A DNA stretch of 64,000 nucleotides. Source: Eledone cirrhosa. Its lineage: Eukaryota. The stretch's first letter is position 1. The number at the start of each line of letters is the position of its first letter. Under the pieces are notes generated by a model that saw nothing but the letters and a program-made list of their open reading frames with translations, ran no database searches and had not been told where the DNA came from. Below, in pieces: positions 16,227 to 28,801 of this stretch. Made by a program: the position numbers and the translations under genes. The DNA lies in assembly GCA_964016885.1 (NCBI GenBank), contig OZ024753.1, forward strand, positions 7,192,001-7,256,000, read 5' to 3'.

Positions 16227-16277
16227 AGATTCTACAGGACTAGAACTGTTTCATTCTTTAGAAATCATCAGGAATCT
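16227..16277 (-). ncRNA. Complete type I hammerhead ribozyme motif (family D)
   Basis: Minus strand: AGAUUC-CUGAUGA-UUUC(uaaa)GAAU-GAAA-CAG(uucuaguc)CUG-UA-GAAUCU; 6-bp helix I, 4-bp helix III, GUA site. Confidence 0.85.
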
Positions 16278-16294
16278 GGGTATCAAAAAATCAC

Positions 16295-16378
<84 letters not shown>

Positions 16379-16864
16379 TGTGTGTGGGGGGGGGGGGGGT
16401 ATGTGTTTGGTGTGTGTGGTATGTGTGTGATCTACAAAGTTGTGTCTCTATGTGATGAGTCTGTGTATGTGAATCTAAATACGCTTATTCATTACTCTTT
16501 TACCTGTTCCAGCCATCCGGTTGAGGCCATGCTGGGGCACCTAAATACAATATACTTCATATGTCGGTCGGTCGGTCAGTCTGCCAGTTTGTCGGTTTAT
16601 GTCTTTTTATGTTTTTACACTCCCAAAAGGTTGTTTTGGAAAACAGAGATAAATATAATCAATACAAAACTAAAATAAGTAACGTGGTCGATATGATCGA
16701 TTAAATCTGATGAGTATATCTGTGAAACAACAAATACATGAATAAATATCATGTTTTGATCATCAAATTTAACAGAATAAACTTTCCTCTGTCTTAGCTT
16801 TTAACATTTCATAGAAATTCGTTCCTTCATTTTTAAGCATTTTGCATGTTTTTCCCTTAAAAAA

Positions 16865-17530
16865 GTGGTGGTGTTGGTAGTGGTAGTGTTTATAGTGGTG
16901 GTGTTGTTAGTGGAGGTGTTTAGAGTCCTGTTGGTAGAGGTGGTGTTTATAGTCTTGATGGTAGTGGTGGTGTTTATAGTGGTGTTAGTAGTCTTGGTGT
17001 TTATAGTGGTGTGGTTAGTAGTCTTGGTGTTTATAGTGGTGTGGTTAGTAGTGATGTTTATAGTGGTGTTATTAGTAGTCTTGGTGTTTATAGTGGTGTT
17101 GTTGGAAGTGGTATGGTTAGTAGTGGTGGTGTTGGTAGTGGTGGGGTTGGTAGTGGTGTTTATAGTGGTGTTGTTAGTAGTCTTGGTGTTTATAGTGGTG
17201 TGTTAGTAGTGGTGGTATTAGTAGTGGTGTTGTTGGTAGTGGTGTTAATGGTAGTGGTGGGGTTGGTAGTGGTGTTTATACTGGTGTTATTAGTAGTCTT
17301 GGTGGTAGTAGTGTTGTTGGTAGTGGTATTGTTGGTAGTGGTGTTGTTGGTAGTGGTGGTGTTAATAGTGGTGGTGTTGGTAGTGGTGGTGTTGGTAGTG
17401 GTGGTGTTTGTAGTGATGGTGTTGATGGTGGTCGTCTTGATAGTGGTGGTGCATACAGCGGTGTTGGTGGTAGTGGTGGTGTCGATATTAATGGTCGTGT
17501 TATTAGTTGTGGTGTTGACGTGGGTGAGGT
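16865..17530. repeat. Degenerate (GTG/GTA/GTT)n low-complexity tract with about 30-bp sub-repeats
   Basis: Directly visible; gives poly-Val and poly-Thr ORFs. Confidence 0.9.
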
Positions 17531-17646
17531 AAATTATGGTTGTAATGGCGGCCATGTTGATCCTAACTGTGTTAACACACTGATGCTATCGATGATATTC
17601 AATATGGTGACATATTATAACAATAATCTTCTATTTATTGGTATCG

Positions 17647-17865
17647 GTATTGCTTTAAAGGAAGAAGCAGCGATGGTGCCGGACATATCTTTGAAGTCAA
17701 CCTCGGAGTTCAAATCCCGCCGAGGTTGACTTTGCCTTTCATCCTTACGGGGTCGATAAAATAAAGTACCAGTAATGCACTGGTTAATTGCTGGCCTTGT
17801 GCCTAAAGTAGAAACAAGTATTGCTTTAAAGGAAGAAGCAGCGATGGTGCCGGACATATCTTTGA
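17647..17865 (+). mobile_element. 5'-truncated Meta-type SINE (17695-17817) flanked by a 48-bp direct repeat
   Basis: GTATTGCTTTAAAGGAAGAAGCAGCGATGGTGCCGGACATATCTTTGA is identical at 17647-17694 and 17818-17865. Confidence 0.9.
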
Positions 17866-18273
17866 TGACATTGGATCGGAGCAGGAGAAAACTCTCGATA
17901 ACGCGAAACATGTTTAACATATCATTAAATAAACTTAGCCACTTAACTGCTTTCAAATTAGTCAGTTAAATAGACTTTAATTGGTACGTTGGTCAATAAT
18001 GGGCAGTTTTAAAACTGATTAATCGATGTTATTTGGAGAAATATTTGCAGGACATCTGTGTATCGTTCGCCAGTGTCTGTGTTTCTACTTATATAGTATG
18101 TATGTGCTGCAATTGAACAGCAGTAAATGTTGTCGTTTATCATCTTGTCTATTGTTGCTTTCGTCTACATGAAAAATACAGCCTTAACAAACTATTCACT
18201 GATATTGTGACACTTTAGAAAAGATAATTGCAGCGCAATATGTGTGTAGAGAGGGAGAGACAGGCAGGCACAG

Positions 18274-18327
<54 letters not shown>

Positions 18328-18412
18328 GTATATATATATATATACATATATATATATGTGTGTGTGTGTATATATTTTTGTCTGTCTGTATGTATATATA
18401 TATGTGTGTATG

Positions 18413-18497
<85 letters not shown>

Positions 18498-18515
18498 ATG
18501 TATATATATATATAC

Positions 18516-18564
<49 letters not shown>

Positions 18565-18565
18565 C

Positions 18566-18618
<53 letters not shown>

Positions 18619-18636
18619 TTTGGGTCTTTCTGAGAA

Positions 18637-18695
<59 letters not shown>

Positions 18696-18696
18696 T

Positions 18697-18731
<35 letters not shown>

Positions 18732-19090
18732 GAGAGAGAGGGGGGGGGGATAGATAGATAGATAGATAGATAAATAGATAGGTAGACAGGTATCCATGGA
18801 TGTTGGCACACGTTTATACATATGTAAAATGTAAAATGTAAAATGTAAAATGTAAAATGTAAAAGTTAAGCAATCGTTGAATCCCTCGTTAACCCGACTC
18901 ATATTTAAATATCTGTGATCAATGTATATTACCATAAACGATTGTAACAGAGTCAAACAACATATGGCATCACTAAATAGATATAGATATATTGAACTCA
19001 CGTTAAATTGAGGATCAGATGTTCCATTTCACTTATCAGAAAACCAAAGATCAGTTGGATCAATAGACACAATAATGTAGCTATTTAGAT

Positions 19091-19610
19091 TTGGTTTCTT
19101 ACTTCTACTTCTTTGGCTTCTTCTTCTTCTTCTTTACTTCTTCTTCTTCTTCTTTTCCTTGTTGTTGTTATTTTCTTTTTTTCATTGTTGTTGTTGTTGT
19201 TGTTTTCTTCTTTTCCTTGTTTTTGTTGTTCTTCTTCTCCCCCCCTCCCCTTGTTCTTTTTCTTCTTCGTCTTCTTCCTCTTCTTCTCCTTGTTGTTGTT
19301 GTTGTTGTTGCTGTCGTCGTTCTTCTTCCTCTCTTCTCCCCCTTGTTGTTGTTCTTTTCATTGTTGTTGTTGTTTTCTTCTTTTCCTTGTTTTTGTTGTT
19401 GTTGTTGTTCTTCTCCTCCCCCTCTCCTTGTTGTTCTTTTTCTTCGTCTTCTTCCTCTTCTTCTCCTTGTTGTTGTTGTTGTTGTTGTTGCTGTCGTCGT
19501 TCTTCTTCCTCTCTTCTCCCCCTTGTTGTTGATGTTGTTGTTGTTCTTCTTCTTCTTGTTACAGGTCTTCTTCGTCTTCTTTTTCTTCTTCGTCTTCTTC
19601 TTCGCCCACT
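19091..19610. repeat. (CTT)n/(GTT)n low-complexity tract with an internal duplication of about 180 bp
   Basis: 19171-19350 resembles 19351-19530. Confidence 0.88.
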
Positions 19611-20475
19611 TATCCTTGAGAGGGCCGGGGGGGGGGAAGAGTCCTTAAACACTCCTCACAATGTGAGAAAGAATCACTGTACTAAAGTCGCACTTCTTTT
19701 ATAGACCTCCATTCGTTGAAATGCCAAAGTTGACCTCGGCTGGATTTGACCTACGAGAGCTGAGAGCCGAAATGGATACCGCAAAGCATTCTACTCCGTC
19801 TTCTAACAACTCTGTTAAGTCTCTGCCTCTCAAATAATAGTTAACTTCTACTAAATATAGATTGTATAATGTAGTCAAGAGTATGTTGTCTTTAAATATG
19901 ATTGGGTGGTCATTTCTGGAATGTTTTCAGTTCCAGCTTTATTTCAATAAAGTTGACCTGACTTGAAGCTACCTATAATCATCTTCAATATCAACAACAA
20001 CATCAAAAGTAAACATTAGTGTAGTTAGAGAAAAATATTGTCTGCAAACCACACCAAATGGCCACGTCTGGAGCGGTTTGATCTTAAATCTGTTTAGTTA
20101 GTCAGATGAAAACCGTAATAAATAAAAAAAACAGCCTCTTTCACGACAATGTATTTATGGACGACATCTTGATGTGAGAGTAAGATAGGATGGCCATGTC
20201 TGGAAATCTTTGATCATAAGACGGCTCAGTGAGTCCTGATCGGGAGCTAATCGTCACCATCAACAACAAATAAAACAACAACATTATCTTCAGCCCAATT
20301 CAAACGATGTAATCTTTTCATTTAACTTTTTTATACATTAAATCATTTCCTTTATCATTAATTATTAATATCGAATTAATTCGATCAATGATAAACCAGA
20401 AATCGTTTATATATGACCCTATAATTTTCTCGAATGTTCTGAAGCTATTTTCTTATGACTTCCAAAATTGTGATA

Positions 20476-20530
<55 letters not shown>

Positions 20531-20535
20531 CGTAC

Positions 20536-20586
<51 letters not shown>

Positions 20587-20591
20587 CGTAC

Positions 20592-20645
<54 letters not shown>

Positions 20646-20722
20646 TTAGGGTAAACATTGATGCAATTCACATCAAGCACTCAACGTACTTATTCCACAT
20701 AGGAGTGACGGAGTAAATATCA

Positions 20723-21146
20723 AATAAGGAAAAGCGAAGTAGTTTCAGATGTTCAAGTCCTCCTTTAATAATAATGCTGTGATATTTATTTCAATGGCGA
20801 AAGTGGCCAGTTCCCTCTCTCAGCCAGTCATTGTATGGCTGAGAGAGGGAACTGACTAAGCGAATTTGTTTAAATCTGCGGTAGCTAATGGTCAACTTCC
20901 CCCTGGACCTGCGCCTGCGCAGACCAGTGGGGGTGAATTGGTACTCACAGGGGAACGGATGAAGAACCCAAAAGCACATACTTCGTCCGTTCTCATGTCG
21001 ATTCAATTTGGATTGCCTCGGAAACATAACCTTATTATGTAACAAGCTGTCTGACGATGTCGCGAGACTGGCCACTTTCGCCATTGAAATATATATCACA
21101 GCATTATTATTAAAGGACTTCTGAAACTACTTCGCTTTTCCTTATT
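20723..21146. repeat. Inverted repeat (about 20723-20811 and 21067-21146) with a nested 19-bp hairpin (20808-20854)
   Basis: Direct reverse-complement comparison. Confidence 0.88.
21046..21102 (+). ncRNA. Complete type I hammerhead ribozyme motif
   Basis: GCUGU-CUGACGA-UGUCGCGAGA(cuggccac)UUUCGCCAUU-GAAA-UAUAUA-UC-ACAGC; perfect 5-bp helix I, palindromic helix III, AUC site. Confidence 0.85.
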
Positions 21147-21297
21147 CTCTCTATATATATATATTTAGAATTTGCTTCACATCTTTTGTCATTTTTTTTA
21201 TTTTTTTACGTAATATATTGTTTAAAATATAAAGAATTTATGTTTTGAAAATTGTGTAAAATAATTTGAGTATTATTGTTATCATTATTATTATTAT

Positions 21298-21730
21298 TTT
21301 TTCATTTGAAAAGGAAAATCAGAGTAGGGGGGGGGGGGGTGCTCTCTCCCAGCTTTTTGTTGAAAAATGGGTGAGAGAGGCAAGAATGACCCGAGTAAGT
21401 GGACATACTCTGAGTATATGCCTGTAAATTCAAGGTGGAAAACTGGGAGAGGACAATTGCCCTGGTGGTCAGGTTCACCGTGGCTTTTTTTAATGGGCTT
21501 TCTCCACGATGGCCCTCAGAAGTCTCCCCCCTATTGGGGAATTTTTTCATTGTTCTATTATCACATCCTCTGTTTTTTTGTTTTTGTACACGCAGAAATG
21601 CTCTTTTGTACCGTCCTGTATTGTTCCGTACTGTCCTTAATGTCTACTTTGTGTATACCCTTGTGGTTAAAAAAGAAAGCATTATTATTATTATTATTTA
21701 AATAAATAATAAAGAAATCATTATTATTAT
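21298..21730 (+). mobile_element. 3' end of a Tx1/L1-like LINE (short copy)
   Basis: Begins FHLKRKIRV as in the next copy; 3' UTR ends AATAAAGAAATC-(ATT)n. Confidence 0.7.
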
Positions 21731-21734
21731 GTCT

Positions 21735-22690
21735 CCATGCGCTCACTGCCCTCTGTCAGCTGGGCACCAGTATCGGTGGAACATCCACCTCAGCGTTCTA
21801 TAGAGGATTAGTGGAGGGGAAGAGCAACGACATTCTCGGAGAGATCCTGGGCGTCGAAGATCAGCTGTTTGCTTTCTTCCGGAGAACTTTCAGCTAAGGG
21901 CCTATGGATAACTTCCAAAAATCCCTGGCCTGGCAGTGCTACCGGTTCTAGATAAGCTCTACAGGCACGGAAGTGCCGTCAGCCGAGCCTGTCCGAGATG
22001 CGCGCAGAGCGACGAAACCGTCGTGCCCGAGCATTGCTGACTTGTGGGCCTATGTCGAACAGTTGCTGTCGCGTGTATGACTGATCTGGTTATCGACTGA
22101 ATCCATTGTGCAGATGGTCTCGCCGTCTTCCCTCGAGGAAGATGGGCAGGCGGTTTTCATCTGCCTGGTGGCCATGGCGAAAGAGATTGTGTGGTGGACA
22201 AGGTTGAAAGGGTTAAAAACAGACTCTTTCCTCTTCGGCGAATCACTAATTAACTTTTTCAAGTTTCACTTGAAGAGGAAAATCAGGGTGGAGAGGCAAG
22301 TTCTGCCTTCTAGCAAGTTTGTTGAAAGGTGGGTGAATGTAGCGAGAATGGTCCGAGTGAACGGGACCGCTCTGAATATACGTCTGTAGTTTGAGAGATG
22401 GAAAAATTCAGAGAGGGTGCTTGCCCTGGTGGTCAGGGTGGCCGTGGTCTTTTGTGTGGTTTTCGCCACGAGTAACCCTCGGAGGTTTCCCCCTTATTGG
22501 GGAATGTTTCATTGTTTCAATTTTCATTTTTATTGTTTATATATATATATGTTTCTATGTCTTTTTCTTTTCTTATATAAATAATAAAAATATTTACACG
22601 CACAAAACCCACATCGTGCCGTCCTGTGCCGTATGTAATGTTTTTCTTGATGTCAGCCCTTGTGACCAATAAAGAAATCATTATTATTTT
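21735..22690 (+). mobile_element. 3' end of a Tx1/L1-like LINE (frameshifted ORF2 C-terminus plus 3' UTR)
   Basis: Broken Cys-rich segment (CPRC..DET..CP..LW) then AKEIVWWTR..FFKFHLKRKIRVER..FVERW; ends AATAAAGAAATC-(ATT)n; clade assigned from recalled motifs. Confidence 0.7.
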
Positions 22691-22854
22691 TTTTTTTATA
22701 TTTCACCTTCTTATTAAGTTTTGTCTTATCAGATAATCTTCCGCTGTGAAACAACACATTTATCATTTAGATATTTTTTATTGTATAAAATAATATTCGC
22801 CTAATTTGATGTTTTGATTTTTATTTGGTTATTTTCATCCGTTGTTGGTGCTCC

Positions 22855-22900
<46 letters not shown>

Positions 22901-23158
22901 CATTACCTGTTTCGTTTTTTTCTTCTTTATCCATGAAATTTATTTATTTCATAATTTATAGTCAATTGACAAAATATTAAAAGCAGAAAAGGAAATAGGA
23001 TTAAATTTGTTTCAATTTTTTTTCGAAGATATCTCTAATATATACACAAATGCGAACGAAGGAAAAAAATAAACAGGCCACCCTGGGCCCATCTACCAGC
23101 AAATAAATAAAGGTAGGACTTCTTTACGAGGTAAATATGCTTGATCTGCCCAAAATAA

Positions 23159-23580
23159 CCTCTTCTTCTTCTTCTTCTTTCGCCGAACTTATACTCGCAA
23201 AGATTCAGCATGCCCTCTCCAACCCTCTCGGTCGGACATGACATACCTCAGTTCATCGATGTTATCAATGTTGGCATCTATCAGCAGGGTATCAATGAAT
23301 GAGACGGCCTGTCTTCCCACGCTTCTATGTCCGACCACCGGTTTCCAGAGCACAAGTTGTGATGCTGTCTCTTCTGGATGCCGGATGCAGTGCCCAGCCA
23401 GTTTCCTTCGTCTGCAGGCAACTTCTTTTAAGACTGGTGGTAGTGATCTGTATAGCTCCTTATTTGTCAGCTTCTGTTTCCAAGAAATGTTGAGACCCAT
23501 TCTCAACATCCTCGTGTAACATCCGTCAAGTCTGTTGCATAACACTTTGTCAATAGTCCACGTTTCACTGCCGTAAAGCG
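23159..23580 (-). mobile_element. RTE-clade LINE 3' fragment
   Basis: LYGSETWTI..RLDGCYTRMLRMGLNISWKQKLTNKELY..RRRKLAGHCIRH..MSDREGWR, stop, (AAG)n tail. Confidence 0.9.
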
Positions 23581-24087
23581 AGTCGTAAGGAAGCCGTATT
23601 GATACAAGGCCTTTTTTAGGGCATTTTTAAACGTGGTGGAGCACACACAACTGCTCTCCAGGTCTGAATACAGCATTTTTTTCCCAGAGAAGGACAGACA
23701 GTGTGAGAGAATGAAAGTGAGAAAGATATATAGAATAGGAATCGGCACCAGTATTAGACTGATAGACAGATACCTTTTTATCGACCTCGAATGGATGATA
23801 GGCAAAGCTGAAACGAATACCTCATGGCATTATATCTGATGTTCTAACGATACTGGTATTTCATCAATTCGCCGGCTAACACAGTCATATACGTCCTTAA
23901 ATATTTAACTTAAACTGGCTATGGCTTTCATTGGCGTTGATCCACTACTAAACACAAGCAATGACAACAAGAGACAGTAACTAATTTCCAAAATAGGCAG
24001 AAGACATCAAATTTTAAGGAAGTAAGAGAAACAAAGAGAAACGACTCACAACTTAACAGACATCAATCGCTTATAGGGTGGAGTAGA

Positions 24088-24277
24088 ATTCGTGAAATTG
24101 GACCAAGGAAACAATGATTCCTTTGATCATTCTATAGCTGATACTATCTACCGATCGCAACTCCTGGCAGAAAGAGCAACGCGAAATAAAGTGTCTTTCT
24201 CAAGGACATAATACATTGCCCAGTCCGGGAATCAAACTCGCAACATCACGATTGCGAATCTAAATCCTTAACCACAT
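24088..24277 (-). mobile_element. CORE-type SINE
   Basis: GAAATAAAGTGTCTTTCTCAAGGAC plus tRNA-like head. Confidence 0.8.
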
Positions 24278-24299
24278 TATATCTGAGGATTTTTCCACT

Positions 24300-24870
24300 A
24301 GAAAGGCCCAAGCATAATCAGCATACAACAAGATGGATCGAGTTTGGTGCTCAAATCTTTCCAACCACACCAAAATCAGATTCTTTCAAGTAACAATTCA
24401 ACCAACAATCAACAAAAGCGCCTTAGGGCACCTACACTCTCTTGCTTCGACACATTCAGAACATAAGCTGGCGACATCTGACTTTGAAAGAAATATATGC
24501 CGGCCTCCCACGCATACATGTCGTTGTACGTAAAATGAGAATAAGATTTGCTGACCACTGCCATCGTGCCACCTCTGAGGCTGTGTCCCCATTAGTGCTT
24601 TGAAAATCACAAACTGTCATTAATAACAGGGGGTGCAAGCTCTCCTATACTGATTTGCTGTCCACTGCCATCGTGCCACCTCTGAGGCTTTGTCCCCATT
24701 AGTTCTTTAGACACTACAATCAGTCATTAATAACAGGGGGCCTATCCCCATATCATTTCCAGAGATTCTGGTATTGAAATCTAGGATTTGGCAGCGGCAA
24801 TGAACGACAGGCCCACGTGGAGATCAATTGTTGAGTGAATTTCGGCCGAGGCCGCCGGATGTTAATGATA
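24300..24870 (+). mobile_element. Decayed RTE-clade LINE 3' fragment with an internal duplication of about 107 bp
   Basis: MDRVWCSNLSNHTKIRFFQ..FADHCHR..LAAAMNDRPTWRSIV; TTTGCTG.CCACTGCCATCGTGCCACCTCTGAGGCT occurs twice. Confidence 0.75.
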
Positions 24871-25212
24871 ATATCTGAGTTTAGAGTGTACGAAGGAAAC
24901 ATAGCAAGAATGTTAAGTGTGTAATTGTGGCGGTAGTGCTAACGATATGTCATGTGTTAAACCTGGCGGAGACCGTTCCTCTTCAGGTCTAAATACAGCA
25001 GGTTTCTTCCAGAGTAGAGAGTGAGAGAATGGACTCGAGAAAGAGATATAGAGGAAGAACAAACTCAGTACTTGACTGGTAATTTCTTTTTATCGTCGTG
25101 AAATGAATGAAAAGCAAAATTGACCTCGGCGGGATTTGAACTCCGCAAAGCATTCTATCTATATTCTACAGTAAAACTAAGTAAGTTAAGGTTTTAACAG
25201 TAAAATGTTATT

Positions 25213-25248
<36 letters not shown>

Positions 25249-25254
25249 GAGAGA

Positions 25255-25344
<90 letters not shown>

Positions 25345-25345
<1 letters not shown>

Positions 25346-25548
25346 GTGTGGCCTAGTGGTTAGAGGATTGGATTCACAATCATGAGGTTGTCCGATTCCC
25401 GGACCGGGCGATGCGTTATGTCCTTGAGCAAGACACTTTATTTCACGTTGCTATTTCTACCTGGAGTTGCGACTGATAGATAGTATTAGCAATTGGAAAG
25501 ACCAATGGAAACATTGTTTCCTCGGTCCGATTTGACGAAAGTCAATCG
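25345..25548 (+). mobile_element. Full-length CORE-type SINE
   Basis: A-box TGGCCTAGTGG, B-box-like GTCCGATTCCC, CORE-like GTCCTTGAGCAAGACACTTTA. Confidence 0.87.
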
Positions 25549-25550
25549 CT

Positions 25551-25589
<39 letters not shown>

Positions 25590-25665
25590 AAAAAAAAAAA
25601 ACAATAACGAAGAGTGCAGTACAAACTGTTGGTATTAGGTTCACGCTTGAGAGTGAGGTGTGGGG

Positions 25666-25700
25666 GACCACGTTTCGGGCATAAGCCCTTCATCGGGAGA
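25666..25700 (-). ncRNA. Minimal HHR motif, family B (U4C, G17)
   Basis: Minus strand: CCGAUGA-A-GGGC(uuau)GCCC-GAAA-CG-UG; downstream AAGCGTGAACCTAATA is shared with other family B copies. Confidence 0.6.
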
Positions 25701-25765
25701 AAAGTAGGCAGGAAAAGAGTTCCGAGGGTGTGAGGGCGAGTGATGGAAAGATATATGTATATGTG

Positions 25766-25837
<72 letters not shown>

Positions 25838-25850
25838 TATAGGAACAAGT

Positions 25851-25975
25851 AAGACACCGACGGCTGAGCTCAAGCCGTTTCGACGGCTAATTCTGGACTA
25901 TGTCCACTCTACTACCCTAAGTATTGAGTACGTGGTGCGTTATGGTCCACCAGGTTCCTTACCACATTTCCTTCG

Positions 25976-25978
<3 letters not shown>
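25851..25978 (+). mobile_element. Family A element with the HHR half inverted relative to the tail
   Basis: CCGACGGCTGAGCTCAAGCCGTTTCGACGGC joined to the CCACTCTACTACCCTAAGTATTGAGTAC tail. Confidence 0.7.
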
Positions 25979-26052
<74 letters not shown>

Positions 26053-26163
26053 GAGAGTGGGGGGGGATGTCAGATTGGAAATACCACTGAAAATATATTT
26101 AACGGTGTGTTTTTCATTTTTTTTTTCCTTTTCTTTGATTCGTCAAAGTGGCTATATATATAC

Positions 26164-26253
<90 letters not shown>

Positions 26254-26797
26254 CTACGCTGAAACTCTGTTAACTTTGACTATGTTTGTCAAGACATCAC
26301 GGGTTTCTGTAAATAGGTGAGTGTCTATAACGCTTGGCCTGAAGTGAAAGGGCAAATATGATAATACAGAAGATTCGCCGTATGTCTAAAGTGAGTCGAT
26401 ATTGCGATTCGCTTTTGCCTAAGTACATGCTGATAATCACTTCTATGTAAACATGAAACAAAATTCGCGTATATAACATCACTATATACACGGTATATAC
26501 TCTATGTATATTTTATATATTCTATGTATATTTTAAAATGAGATCACGCAGTAAACACGGTTCATACAAAACACAAGGATTTGCTATCTATATATCTGCT
26601 GCCTACACACGAAACACGGAATATATCATTTCATATCGCAAATACACAAACACACACGCACATATAGATACATATATATAAACATATATACCGTACTATA
26701 TACATTTATTATGTGTGCGAGCGAGGATTTGCTATCTCTATACCTATTTACACACCAAATATATCATATATATATATACATACATATATATAGATGC

Positions 26798-26830
<33 letters not shown>

Positions 26831-26952
26831 CATACATATATGCATATATATATAAATATAAATGTGTGTGTGTGCGTGTTTATGTCTATATGTAAATATA
26901 TATATATATATATAAATATATACACATGTATATGTATATATATGTATGTGTG

Positions 26953-26985
<33 letters not shown>

Positions 26986-27053
26986 TGAGAGAGAATATGT
27001 ATATCTATCTATATATATATATATATATATATATTTCTGTGTGTGTGTATTCA

Positions 27054-27094
<41 letters not shown>

Positions 27095-27127
27095 TGCATC
27101 CATATAGATGCATTCATGTGTGTGCGT

Positions 27128-27188
<61 letters not shown>

Positions 27189-27605
27189 CGCCTGCGTGAG
27201 GCTATGTGAAACTGAGGAAATCAGTCATCTTCATCTGCGCCGCCGATCGTCTGCTATTCACTATCATACGTTCATGACATTCTCCTTTCATAGCGTTCGC
27301 AAAGACTGTATTATAATTTAGAGATTATTATAGCGATATATTATATACCATTGGCGAAAACAGCCTCGGGCTATCAAGAATAGATGCTATTATATCCTTC
27401 AAACTATATCCAGTAATATTTTAATATATTGAGGAAATAGCTAGAAGCAAAAATCTTTCTTATATTTCAGAATTTTATTATTATTACAAAAGGACACTTT
27501 TGATTAGAAGTTTCAAACAACTTTGGAATTGACGTATACGTATAACTATATATTTTTTAAACTCTGTGTATTTCAATAAAATGTACTTCGACACATATAA
27601 ACATG

Positions 27606-27661
<56 letters not shown>

Positions 27662-27662
27662 T

Positions 27663-27830
27663 GAAGGTTCGTGGCAGAGTGGTTAGAGAATTGGATTCGC
27701 AATCGTGAGGCTGTGAGTTCGATTTCCATGTCAGGCGATGCGTTGTGTCCATGGGCAAGACGCTTATTTCACGTTGCTCCTTCTACCTGGAGTTCCACCT
27801 CCATCGATCGATAGATTGTATAAACGGACT
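27663..27830 (+). mobile_element. CORE-type SINE
   Basis: TGGCAGAGTGG, GAGTTCGATTTCC and GTGTCCATGGGCAAGACGCTTATTTCACGTTGCTCC. Confidence 0.82.
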
Positions 27831-27894
27831 AAATTTACGAGCAGGAGAAAGCTCTCAACGTTCGTAGTTTCTGGTTACGATAGAGATTCAGAAT

Positions 27895-28511
27895 AATAAT
27901 TGCTTCTACTTTTGGCACAAGGCCAGCAAATACCCCAGTGCATTACTGGTACTTTATTTTATCGACCCCGTAAGGATGAAAGACAAAGTTGACCTCAGCA
28001 GGATTTGAACTCAGACCGTAAAGGAACGTAACTCTATGCTGCAAATCATGGCGTCCAACCCTCTACTGATACTGCACATCCACCACGCTTCAGTATAATA
28101 ATTGCTTCTACGTTAGGCACAAGGCCAACAACAACCCAGTGTATCACTGGTACTTTATTTTTATCGACACCGTAAGGATGAAAGGCAAAGTTAACCTCGG
28201 CGGGAATATAGGCACAAAGCCAGTCATTTTGGGGAGGGGAAAGTCGATTAAAACGCCCCCAGTGCGTGACTGGTACTTTATTTTATCGGTCCCGTAAGGA
28301 TGAAAGGCAAAGTTAACTTCAGTATTAATAATTGTTTCTACGTTAGGCACGAGGCCAGCAATTACCAAGTGTATTACTGGTACTTTATTTTATCGACCCC
28401 GTAGGATGAACGGCAAAGTTAACCTCGGCGGAATTTGAACTCAGAATGGCAAGGGCCGTAACTCTATGGGTCAAAGCATGGCGTCCGACCCTCAACCAAC
28501 ACTGCCAATCA
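27895..28511 (-). mobile_element. Head-to-tail stack of four Meta-type SINE copies or fragments
   Basis: About 27895-28088, 28097-28207, 28208-28320 and 28328-28511. Confidence 0.88.
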
Positions 28512-28602
28512 AACGTAATAATATTAAGAAAGATACTGATGTTGCAAAAATCGTTTATTCATTATCAATTAATCTAACCTCTTCCTTGCTGTTATTATGT
28601 AT

Positions 28603-28700
<98 letters not shown>

Positions 28701-28749
28701 GCAAGAGGTATAAGTCAACATTTCATAATTTACTTCTTTCATTACTATT

Positions 28750-28801
28750 ATGTATATTTCGGTGGTAGTCACAATTCAACAGCTATGTCCTCTTCAGACA
28801 G
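28750..28801 (-). ncRNA. Minimal HHR motif terminating the 49-bp array
   Basis: Minus strand: CUGU-CUGAAGA-GG..CC-GAAA-UA-UA-CAU; helix I is weak. Confidence 0.6.

Noticed and set aside
16865-17555. Poly-Val, mucin-like poly-Thr and Gly/Ser ORFs
   Set aside because: Degenerate trinucleotide repeat open in several frames on both strands, with no gene context.
19091-19704. Arg/Glu/Gln-rich and Leu/Phe-rich ORFs
   Set aside because: (CTT)/(GTT) low-complexity DNA.
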